A program made the position numbers and the translations under genes. Shown here piece after piece: positions 7,430-15,374 of a stretch of DNA of 32,000 bases. The number at the start of each line of letters is the position of its first letter. Position 1 is the stretch's first letter. The stretch comes from Nonlabens ponticola (GTDB lineage Bacteria > Bacteroidota > Bacteroidia > Flavobacteriales > Flavobacteriaceae). Under the pieces are notes generated by a model. The model did no database searches, was not told the origin of the DNA, and saw only the letters and a list, made by a program, of their open reading frames with translations. The stretch is taken from the NCBI RefSeq assembly GCF_003966335.1, contig NZ_CP034549.1, positions 930,001 to 962,000 of the forward strand, given 5' to 3'.

Positions 7430-7783
7430 TTATGCCTTTATTTTTTCGGCAAGTGAGATTAATGCATCACCTAGCATATTGCGATCCACTTTAGCAGCAT
7501 CCATGTCGCTCAAGTCTTCCTCGATCTTAGTTTCCAGATCGCTAATGCGTATATTAAGATCAGTAGAGAGTGAATCTATAGATTTCATCAACTCATCTCT
7601 AGTATCATCAACAAGGTCTTGAAGTTCCTTGCGTTTCTTGAGGATGTCTTTCTTAAGTAAATCAAACTCGCTATCGTATTGTTGGATGTTTTCACCAAAA
7701 ATAAGATTGCGTATTGCATCTAGCTTTTGGTTATTGTCAACAGCCTGTGAGTTGTTGCTTTGCTCGGTTTTATTTGCCGCCAT
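7430..7783 (-). CDS. small coiled-coil protein, first gene of the GTPase operon
   Basis: 117 aa with ATG start, charged and helical. Its N-terminal motif KLDAIRNLIFGENIQQY resembles KLELLKHLLLTDERDY of the next protein. It lies 12 nt upstream of the next gene. Confidence 0.55.
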   Translation of the reverse strand: MAANKTEQSNNSQAVDNNQKLDAIRNLIFGENIQQYDSEFDLLKKDILKKRKELQDLVDDTRDELMKSIDSLSTDLNIRISDLETKIEEDLSDMDAAKVDRNMLGDALISLAEKIKA

Positions 7784-7820
7784 GATCTATAAATTGTCCT
7801 CTAATTTAATGTGAAAAAAA

Positions 7821-8831
7821 TTAATCAGGATCAGCGCGATAAAACTCTTCTGCAGTATCGACCATATTCTTGCTGCCGCAAATAAATGGCACGCGTTGAT
7901 GCAACTCAGTAGGTTGCAAGTCCATGATGCGTGTGTCTCCATTGATCGCACGACCACCAGCCTGTTCTACAATGAAAGCCATTGGGTTACACTCGTACAA
8001 AAGTCGCAATTTACCATTGTTTGCTTTAGAACTTTTAGGATACATATATATACCACCTTTGATCATATTGCGGTGTATATCACTTACTAGACTACCAATA
8101 TATCGGCTGGTATAAGGTCTGTCACCTTCTTCTTCCTGACAGTATTTGATGTAGTTCTTGATGCCTTTAGGGAAATGGATGTAATTCCCTTCATTAACAC
8201 TATAGATGTTACCATCTTCAGGAAACTGCATGTTAGGATGCGATAGGTAATAGGTTCCTAGAGCAGGATTTAAAGTAAATCCATTCACGCCATGACCAGT
8301 GGTGTAAACAAGCATGGTAGATGTTCCATAAACAATGTAACCAGCGGCTACTTGCAAATTTCCAGGCTGCAAGAAATCCTTTAGTTGCACAGGTGTTCCT
8401 ACTGGAGTTACCCGTCTATAGACTGAGAAAATCGTACCTACTGATACGTTTACATCAATGTTAGAACTACCATCAAGTGGGTCGATAAGTACAACATATT
8501 TATTCTTGTGATCATTGTTAGATCCCTGAATCGTTATAAAATCATCGTTTTCTTCACTTGCGATACCACAAACGATCTCGCGGTTTGTCAAGGTGCGTAT
8601 AAAGGTGTCATTGGCAAAAACGTCCAACTTCTGCTGGTCTTCACCTTGAGTATTAATCTCACCGGCGCTACCTGTGATATCTACCAGTCCAGCTTTGTTC
8701 ACCTCATGATTTACAGCCTTGGCAGCAAGTCGTATAGAATTGATAAGTCTGGACAGCTCACCGCTGCTGTATTGAAATTCGCTTTGGTTTTCTATGATAA
8801 ACTCACCTAGAGTCTGATTGATGCGTGCCAT
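7821..8831 (-). CDS. fbp: class 1 fructose-1,6-bisphosphatase
   Basis: 336 aa. Typical FBPase class I sequence throughout (LGEFII...[25 protein letters not shown]..., [41 protein letters not shown]). Confidence 0.92.
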   Translation of the reverse strand: MARINQTLGEFIIENQSEFQYSSGELSRLINSIRLAAKAVNHEVNKAGLVDITGSAGEINTQGEDQQKLDVFANDTFIRTLTNREIVCGIASEENDDFITIQGSNNDHKNKYVVLIDPLDGSSNIDVNVSVGTIFSVYRRVTPVGTPVQLKDFLQPGNLQVAAGYIVYGTSTMLVYTTGHGVNGFTLNPALGTYYLSHPNMQFPEDGNIYSVNEGNYIHFPKGIKNYIKYCQEEEGDRPYTSRYIGSLVSDIHRNMIKGGIYMYPKSSKANNGKLRLLYECNPMAFIVEQAGGRAINGDTRIMDLQPTELHQRVPFICGSKNMVDTAEEFYRADPD

Positions 8832-8943
8832 GTGGTTCTTGTGTGTCGCAAATATCCTAAAAATAAAAGCATACTATAACGATATAGTTTAATTGTTTCC
8901 TAGTAATTTTCATCACTTACCTTTTATGACTTTTCTTTGTGTC

Positions 8944-9417
8944 ATGATACACATTAGGACTGCCGTCAAAGAGGATTTCCCGCGAGTGCTGGAGTTGATC
9001 AACGAGCTTGCCATCTTTGAAAAAGAGCCGGATGCCGTTGAGGTAACCATTCAAGAGCTTGAAGAACATGGTCTAGGCGATCATAAGTTGTTTACCTGTT
9101 TTGTGGGTGAGTATAACGGTGTAATAGAAGGTATAGCCTTGTGCTACCCACGTTTTTCAACTTGGAAAGGAAAGTCAATTCACCTAGAAGATCTTATCGT
9201 GACGCAAGAAATGCGTGGTAAAGGCCTGGGCAAAGCCTTATATGATCAAGTGCTTAAACACGCGCAATCACAAGGCGTGCGACGAGTAGAATGGGTAGTG
9301 CTGGATTGGAATCAAAATGCGATCGATTTTTATGAAAATAGTGGTGCGACCATTCTCAAAGGATGGTATCTAGCTCAAATGGATAATGCGGCGCTCGCAA
9401 AATATTTAGGAGAATGA
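8944..9417 (+). CDS. GNAT family N-acetyltransferase (diamine/spermidine acetyltransferase-like)
   Basis: The track ORF begins at TTG 8893. I prefer ATG 8944 (MIHIRTAVKEDFPRVLELI...), which gives a canonical GNAT N-terminus. The acetyl-CoA motif is QEMRGKGLGKALY. The stop overlaps the next start (ATGA at 9414-9417). Confidence 0.7.
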   Translation: MIHIRTAVKEDFPRVLELINELAIFEKEPDAVEVTIQELEEHGLGDHKLFTCFVGEYNGVIEGIALCYPRFSTWKGKSIHLEDLIVTQEMRGKGLGKALYDQVLKHAQSQGVRRVEWVVLDWNQNAIDFYENSGATILKGWYLAQMDNAALAKYLGE

Positions 9418-10700
9418 GAATTTACAAATTTGGTGGAGCATCAGTCAAAGATGCCGCTGGCGTGCGCAATGTCAAGAGAGTGTTGCACACCATGGGAACT
9501 GATGATTTGGGTATCGTGATTTCGGCAATGGGCAAGACAACTAATGCCCTTGAAGAAATTATCGCTAGATATCAAAATAATGATCCTAGCTACTTGAAAC
9601 TTATTGATCTACTGCACGACCAGCATGTTCAAATCATTGAGGATTTGCAAGAGGTCACAGATGAGGTTGATGAAGGTTGTGTGTTACGCTTTCGCGAAAG
9701 CGGAATAAACAAAACCCTTAAAGCCATCATAGAATCCTTAAAGGGAGAAATGTTGCGCAATCAAAGCAAGAATTACAGTTTCCTGTATGATCAAGTCGTG
9801 AGTCATGGAGAGCTTATGTCTACACGCATAGTTGCCACGTTTCTCAATGCTTGCGATATTCCTATCGACTGGAAGGACGCGCGACAGCTCATAAAAACTG
9901 ATCATAAGTATCGTGATGCAACCGTCGATTGGGATCAAACGACCGCCGCGATCAAGGATGCTTGCAAAGAGAAATTATTTGTGACTCAAGGATTTATAGG
10001 TAGCGATGATAACGGTTTTACTACCACGCTGGGTCGTGAAGGTAGTGATTACACGGCAGCGATTTTTGCCTACAGTTTGCAGGCAAGCGAGGTTACCATC
10101 TGGAAGGATGTTCCCGGCGTTCTCAACGCAGATCCACGTGTGTTTGACGATACTGTTCTATTAGAGAAAATACCTTACAACGAGGCGATTGAGCTAGCTT
10201 TTTATGGAGCCAGTGTTATTCACCCAAAAACGCTGCAACCACTGCAACGCAAGGGCATACCACTTAACGTGAAGTCGTTTTTGAATCCGCTGGAGCCTGG
10301 TAGCACCATTACTTCCAGTAAATCGTTGGTTCCTAAAACACCTTGTTTTATTGTACGTAAAAACATGGTCTATCTCACGATCTCGTCACGAGACTTTAGC
10401 TTTATAGGTGAACGCAGTATTAGTGATATTTTTCATGAATTAAGCGAGAACAAAATGCAAGTAGGATTACTACAAAATAGCGCAATTAGTTTCTCTTTAT
10501 GTATCGAGGATAAGTACGCGCGTATAGAAAAGTTGCTTGCTGGACTCAAGGAAAAGTTCAAGGTGTCCCATGTAAAAGGTGTTTCACTTTATACGGTGCG
10601 GCATTATGAAGGTGACACGATCCCATCGATGGAAGCAGGAAAAAACGTACTCTTAAAACAGCGTACACAGGAAACGCTTCAACTAGTTACAGCGGTATAG
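9414..10700 (+). CDS. aspartate kinase
   Basis: 428 aa. It begins MRIYKFGGASVKDAAGVRNV and contains VISAMGKTTNALE and GREGSDYTAAIFA, with ACT-like C-terminal repeats. It carries palindromic element copy 2 in frame. Confidence 0.88.
   Translation: MRIYKFGGASVKDAAGVRNVKRVLHTMGTDDLGIVISAMGKTTNALEEIIARYQNNDPSYLKLIDLLHDQHVQIIEDLQEVTDEVDEGCVLRFRESGINKTLKAIIESLKGEMLRNQSKNYSFLYDQVVSHGELMSTRIVATFLNACDIPIDWKDARQLIKTDHKYRDATVDWDQTTAAIKDACKEKLFVTQGFIGSDDNGFTTTLGREGSDYTAAIFAYSLQASEVTIWKDVPGVLNADPRVFDDTVLLEKIPYNEAIELAFYGASVIHPKTLQPLQRKGIPLNVKSFLNPLEPGSTITSSKSLVPKTPCFIVRKNMVYLTISSRDFSFIGERSISDIFHELSENKMQVGLLQNSAISFSLCIEDKYARIEKLLAGLKEKFKVSHVKGVSLYTVRHYEGDTIPSMEAGKNVLLKQRTQETLQLVTAV
9684..9705. repeat. palindromic element copy 2 (TTACGCTTTCGCGAAAGCGGAA), inside aspartate kinase CDS
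   Basis: It starts on a codon boundary (9684-9414=270) and is read TTA CGC TTT CGC GAA AGC GGA = LRFRESG. Confidence 0.9.
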
Positions 10701-10716
10701 GTAGCCTTGTAAGCAT

Positions 10717-10724
10717 TATATTTG
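10717..10724 (+). promoter_or_regulatory. Bacteroidota -7 promoter box TATATTTG
   Basis: Exact TAnnTTTG match 23 nt upstream of ATG 10747. Confidence 0.45.
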
Positions 10725-10746
10725 CTGCTTACACCTATTTTATTTT

Positions 10747-12564
10747 ATGAGTCTGGTAAATGCACAAGAGGTAGCAAAAGCCATCAATATTGACAAATAC
10801 GGATTGCTAGGCAAGCTAGGAGGCTGGTCTATAATGAAGTTGTTGCGCATATCACGACTCAACAAGATATACGATAGGAATAAGCACAAAGAAGGCACTG
10901 AATTTCTTGATGCGATTCTCGATGATCTCAACGTAAAGTTTGAAATACCAGAAGAAGACCTGCGACGTATTCCTAAAACGGGTGGTTTTATCACTATATC
11001 CAATCATCCACTAGGCGGCGTTGATGGTATATTATTGTTGAAACTATTACTGGATCGACGGCCAGATTTCAAGATCATCGCCAACTTTTTATTGCATCGC
11101 ATTGAGCCGCTCAAGCCATTTATCATGCCGGTCAATCCGTTTGAGGATCATAAGGAAGCACAGTCTAGTGCCACAGGATTTATAAAGGCCATTAGGCATT
11201 TAAAGAACGATTTACCATTGGGGATCTTTCCTGCTGGCGAGGTTTCTACCTATCGTGATGGTAAATTAATTGTAGATCGCGCCTGGGAACCAGCTGCGAT
11301 GAAACTTATACAAAGGGCTGAGGTTCCTGTCATACCTATCTACTTTCATGCAAAGAACAGCCGACTGTTTTATGGATTAGCCAAGCTGTCAGACACGTTG
11401 AGAACGGCAAAATTGCCATCAGAATTACTTACTCAAAAAAAGCGCACCATCATTGTGCGCATAGGTAATGCCGTACCGGTTGCAGCTCAAAAAGAGCATG
11501 AAGACCTTAAGGACTTTACAGACTTTTTAAGGCGCAAAACCTATTTACTTTCTAAGGCCTATGACAAGGAAGTTACCAAACTGCGCGATCTGCCTAAAAA
11601 TATCAAACTGCCCAAATCACCACCAGAAAAGATTATTCAAGGCAGTGACGGCAATGCGCTGGCTGTTGAGGTAGAAAACTTAAGACAAGACGATAAGCGA
11701 CTGCTTATATCAAAGAATTATGAGGTGTTCCTTACTAAGGCTAATGCGATTCCTAACATATTGCGGGAAATAGGCCGATTGCGGGAAATCACCTTTAGAG
11801 AAATAGGAGAAGGCACCAACAAGTCCATCGATCTGGACAAATATGATGACTTCTATCACCAGATGTTTTTATGGGACAAGGATGCTCAATGTATTGCAGG
11901 CGCTTATCGCATGGGAATGGGTCAGCATATTTATGAAGAGTACGGCATTAATGGATTCTATCTTAACGAACTTTTTAATATCGACGTTGATGCCCATAAA
12001 ATGATGTCGCAATCCATAGAAATGGGTCGCGCTTTTATCATTCCAGATTATCAACAAAAACCAATGCCGTTATTCCTATTGTGGAAAGGCATCGTGCACT
12101 GTACGTTGAGATTTCCTGAGCACAAGTACCTAATAGGTGGCGTGAGCATTAGTAATAAGTTCTCTAACTTTTCAAAATCTATCATGATTGAGTTCATGAA
12201 GAGTAATTATTACGATCCTTATCTGGCGCAGTTTATAAAGCCTAAAAAAGAGTTTAAAGTCAAACTGCAGGATGCAGATAAGGACTTCATTTTTGACAGT
12301 TCACAGGCAGATCTCAACAAATTTGATCGCTTGATAGATGAACTGGAGCCCAACGAGCTGCGACTACCGGTATTGATCAAGAAATACGTGAAACAGAATG
12401 CACGCGTGATTGCATTTAACGTGGACCCATTGTTCAACAATGCTATTGATGGTTTGATGTACATACGCATTGCCGATCTACCAGAAAGTACGGTGAAACC
12501 GGTCATGGAAGAGTTTCAAGCCGAAATGGAAGCCAAGTATTTCAATACTAAAAATGAGGAGTAG
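10747..12564 (+). CDS. bifunctional aminolipid acyltransferase, OlsF-like (N-terminal PlsC-type O-acyltransferase fused to C-terminal OlsB/GNAT-like N-acyltransferase)
   Basis: 605 aa. The N-terminal half has a lysophospholipid-acyltransferase motif (ITISNHPLGGVDG, IFPAGEVS). The C-terminal half has the OlsB-like pattern LREITFREIGEGTNKSIDLDKYDDFYHQMFLWD. This architecture matches OlsF described in Serratia and Flavobacterium johnsoniae. Confidence 0.65.
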   Translation: MSLVNAQEVAKAINIDKYGLLGKLGGWSIMKLLRISRLNKIYDRNKHKEGTEFLDAILDDLNVKFEIPEEDLRRIPKTGGFITISNHPLGGVDGILLLKLLLDRRPDFKIIANFLLHRIEPLKPFIMPVNPFEDHKEAQSSATGFIKAIRHLKNDLPLGIFPAGEVSTYRDGKLIVDRAWEPAAMKLIQRAEVPVIPIYFHAKNSRLFYGLAKLSDTLRTAKLPSELLTQKKRTIIVRIGNAVPVAAQKEHEDLKDFTDFLRRKTYLLSKAYDKEVTKLRDLPKNIKLPKSPPEKIIQGSDGNALAVEVENLRQDDKRLLISKNYEVFLTKANAIPNILREIGRLREITFREIGEGTNKSIDLDKYDDFYHQMFLWDKDAQCIAGAYRMGMGQHIYEEYGINGFYLNELFNIDVDAHKMMSQSIEMGRAFIIPDYQQKPMPLFLLWKGIVHCTLRFPEHKYLIGGVSISNKFSNFSKSIMIEFMKSNYYDPYLAQFIKPKKEFKVKLQDADKDFIFDSSQADLNKFDRLIDELEPNELRLPVLIKKYVKQNARVIAFNVDPLFNNAIDGLMYIRIADLPESTVKPVMEEFQAEMEAKYFNTKNEE

Positions 12565-13627
12565 CAAACACAAATCCTGGTTGTTGTTTCTGTTTATTTT
12601 AGGTTCCGCTTTCGCGAAAGCACAATCTACAACCACCACTATCACAGGAAAGATCATCGATGAGATTACCAGCGAGCCATTAATGGGTGTTGCAGTTTAT
12701 ATTTCAGGAACCTCGATAGGTGTTGTTTCTGGACCAGATGGTGATTTTTCTATTGAATATTCTCAAGAGTATAATTCACCACTAGTTTTTAGTTTTTTAG
12801 GATATGAAAAAAAGCAACTTGCAGATCCGGTAAGCTTTGACACGTCAATTATCAAACTATCCATGCAAGAAAATGATCTGGAAGCTGTGGTCATCAATCC
12901 AGATCCATGGGATCGCACCACCAAAGAACGTTTATTTAGAGAAACCTTTATTGGTTTAAATAGCCTTGAACATACTAAGATTCTTAACATGAGTCAAGTG
13001 CGATTGAGGTTCAATCCAGAGACTAAACAACTAACGGCATGGAGCAACAATCCTATCAGGATTTACAATGAACAATTAGGATACCTGATTGATTACGATT
13101 TGGTAGAATTTGAGCTCAACTTTAGAAAAATACCTTCTGACAGTCAAATCCAGCGCTCCTATGATGTTGAACATGCCTATAGGAATTATGTTCAAACTTC
13201 CTCATATCGCGCGGGTTCATCATTCTATCAAGACGCGCACGACGTCGATATTACAAAAAGAAAATGGCGTAGGAGACGCAATAAGGCCTTCAGGCAATCA
13301 TCGCTCAATTTATTTAGGGTGATATCACGAGAGACATGGGAAGAAAGCAAGTTTAAATTGTTCTCCAAAGGTTTTAAAGTAGATCCTGAAAAACATATTA
13401 GATCAAAAAAGATTGTGGATGGATATCAGGTAGCTTTTAGAAATAAGCGATATTCCGTCAAGGATAGGTCTGGACATCAAACTGATTTTTCACTATCAAC
13501 CAATTATCTATACATAGATGATTACGGCAATAATTTGACCTCTAGAGAAATTAGGCTTAGTGGATATATTGCAAAATTAGGAGTAGGCGGCATGATGCCA
13601 CTTGACTATGAGGTGATAGAAAAATAG
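12554..13627 (+). CDS. carboxypeptidase-regulatory-like domain protein (secreted)
   Basis: 357 aa. Signal peptide MRSSKHKSWLLFLFILGSAFAKAQS, then a CarboxypepD_reg-like beta-sandwich motif ITGKIIDEITSEPLMGVAVYISGTSIGVVSGPDGDFSI. It overlaps the preceding gene by 11 nt. Confidence 0.6.
   Translation: MRSSKHKSWLLFLFILGSAFAKAQSTTTTITGKIIDEITSEPLMGVAVYISGTSIGVVSGPDGDFSIEYSQEYNSPLVFSFLGYEKKQLADPVSFDTSIIKLSMQENDLEAVVINPDPWDRTTKERLFRETFIGLNSLEHTKILNMSQVRLRFNPETKQLTAWSNNPIRIYNEQLGYLIDYDLVEFELNFRKIPSDSQIQRSYDVEHAYRNYVQTSSYRAGSSFYQDAHDVDITKRKWRRRRNKAFRQSSLNLFRVISRETWEESKFKLFSKGFKVDPEKHIRSKKIVDGYQVAFRNKRYSVKDRSGHQTDFSLSTNYLYIDDYGNNLTSREIRLSGYIAKLGVGGMMPLDYEVIEK
12604..12625. repeat. palindromic element copy 3 (TTCCGCTTTCGCGAAAGCACAA), inside signal-peptide coding region
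   Basis: The core GCT TTC GCG AAA GCA is read as AFAKA (12608-12554=54, in frame). This supplies the A-F-A motif at the end of the predicted signal peptide. Confidence 0.9.
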
Positions 13628-13640
13628 TAGAAGCAATAGC

Positions 13641-14018
13641 CTAGAACCAAGGCTTGCGACCTACTTGATACATTTGGTAAAACTCCTCATCAGACTTTGT
13701 GAGATAGATGATACCTTCTATAAAGCCTATGATAACTGGGATATAGATGGTAAATGCTCCTATGACAACGCAAATTAGCACTAACGATAGCAGCGTGGTA
13801 CCCAACAAAATCAAACCTTCTTGAGTATAACCCAAAACAAACTTGTGAATTCCCAAACCGCCGAAGAAAATCCCCATCAAACCAGCAATCAACTTCTTGT
13901 TGTTTTGACCATGCACTAGATCGTCCAGTCCGTCTTTAAACTCATTTGCAGATTGCTTGAAACCTTCTCTGGTACTGTCAAATCTAGAATCATCGTTGGG
14001 TCTATTGGTATCACTCAT
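13641..14018 (-). CDS. TM2 domain-containing membrane protein
   Basis: 125 aa. It has a charged N-terminus followed by LIAGLMGIFFGGLGIHKFVLGYTQEGLILL and a second hydrophobic helix, which is the typical TM2 pattern. Confidence 0.6.
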   Translation of the reverse strand: MSDTNRPNDDSRFDSTREGFKQSANEFKDGLDDLVHGQNNKKLIAGLMGIFFGGLGIHKFVLGYTQEGLILLGTTLLSLVLICVVIGAFTIYIPVIIGFIEGIIYLTKSDEEFYQMYQVGRKPWF

Positions 14019-14053
14019 GGTTGTTAGTTTAGAGTTTTAAACATACTATTTTT

Positions 14054-14428
14054 TTATAAAATAGATTCATCTGCTGGCTGCCAAAGTTCTATCCTGCGTC
14101 CATCAATATCTACAACCCAGGCAAAGGATCCGTACTCATAATGCTCTATTGGTTTGATGGATTCAATATCAGCGGCTGCCAGTCTCTGCATAAGAGCGTC
14201 AAGATCATCCACACGATAATTGACCATGAATTGTTGATCTCGTTCACCTAGATAATCGGTCTTTTGTTTAAATGGACTCCATGCGGTTGTTTGATTTTCT
14301 GCGGCTTTAAAGGTTGCTCCATAATCGCCAGCATCGATGCCCAGATGTTTTTTATACCATGCCTTGGTAGCTTCAACATCTGCACATTTGAAGAAAACGC
14401 CTCCTATTCCTGTGACTTTTCCTTTCAT
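14054..14428 (-). CDS. VOC family protein (glyoxalase/bleomycin-resistance fold)
   Basis: 124 aa. It begins GIGGVFFKCADVEATKAWYKKHLGI and ends FAWVVDIDGRRIELWQP, typical of small VOC proteins. Its start overlaps the upstream stop by 4 nt. Confidence 0.7.
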   Translation of the reverse strand: MKGKVTGIGGVFFKCADVEATKAWYKKHLGIDAGDYGATFKAAENQTTAWSPFKQKTDYLGERDQQFMVNYRVDDLDALMQRLAAADIESIKPIEHYEYGSFAWVVDIDGRRIELWQPADESIL

Positions 14429-15366
14429 GATTCTAGGTCCTTTATCATTTTGTTAGCGATTACCTGTGCAAGCAGCTTTTTTGATTCAACGGTCCATCCA
14501 GCAACATGCGGCGATAATATGACTTGATCCATGGCAAGCAGTTTCTTGAAATCTTCAGGCATTTGATGCTCATCAAACATATTTTCAAAAGAGCTTTTTT
14601 CATATTCCAGCACGTCCAGACCTGCACCTAGGATCTTACCATTCTCTAACGCGGCAACCAAGTCGGCGGTCACGACAGATTTACCACGAGCGGTATTGAT
14701 GAGGTGAAAAGGTTTTGCAAAAGCGTTGATGAAGTCTGCATCCACCATGTTTGTGGTAAGCTGGGTTTGCGGTGTGTGTAGGCTCAGTACATCGGCGTCT
14801 TGTTGCAGATGTGCTAGCGAGACTTGTTGTGCGTTTTCATCACCTACATTGTCTTTGATATCATAACATAGTACCTCACAATCAAACCCACGCAATTTTC
14901 TTGCAAAAGCTTTACCCATGTTGCCATAACCTATCAATCCTACCGTGCGACCATCGAGTTCAATACCACGATTACCTTCTCGATCCCAGATGCCAGAACG
15001 CACCTCACGATCTGCCTTATTCAATTTGTTGAACAAGGCTAGCAACATGGCTAGCGCATGCTCGCCTACGGCATTTCTATTTCCTTCTGGTGCGTTGAAA
15101 CAGGCGATTCCTAATTTTTCAGCAACGGCGAGATCTATATTTTCTAGTCCAGCGCCTACACGTCCTATACATTTGAGATTTGTAGCGTGCGACAAAAACG
15201 CTGCGTCGATAGGGAATCTACTGCGCACGACCAGCGCGTCATAATTGGATAATACTTGCTGTATTTGTTCCTTATTACTGGTGAAATCAAAATGATTTTC
15301 ATGACCAGCATCTTCCAGCATTTGAGCCAGAATTTCATGATTACTATCTAGGTGTAAGATCTTCAT
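14425..15366 (-). CDS. D-isomer-specific 2-hydroxyacid dehydrogenase (phosphoglycerate dehydrogenase-like)
   Basis: 313 aa. It has the NAD-binding motif GLIGYGNMGKAFARKL and the catalytic-region pattern NTARG...D...L..G...GAGLDV...E....SPH. Confidence 0.75.
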   Translation of the reverse strand: MKILHLDSNHEILAQMLEDAGHENHFDFTSNKEQIQQVLSNYDALVVRSRFPIDAAFLSHATNLKCIGRVGAGLENIDLAVAEKLGIACFNAPEGNRNAVGEHALAMLLALFNKLNKADREVRSGIWDREGNRGIELDGRTVGLIGYGNMGKAFARKLRGFDCEVLCYDIKDNVGDENAQQVSLAHLQQDADVLSLHTPQTQLTTNMVDADFINAFAKPFHLINTARGKSVVTADLVAALENGKILGAGLDVLEYEKSSFENMFDEHQMPEDFKKLLAMDQVILSPHVAGWTVESKKLLAQVIANKMIKDLES

Positions 15367-15374
15367 AGCTGCGT

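Noticed and set aside
8944-10700. GNAT plus aspartate kinase as a fragment of an ectoine (ectA-ask) cluster
   Set aside because: There are no ectB or ectC-like genes adjacent. The GNAT looks like a generic diamine acetyltransferase. The ATGA coupling alone is insufficient evidence.
13628-13640. Short agcct/aggct hairpin at the convergent junction of 12554-13627 and 13641-14018
   Set aside because: It has only a 5-bp stem, partly inside the coding sequence, with no flanking A/T tracts.
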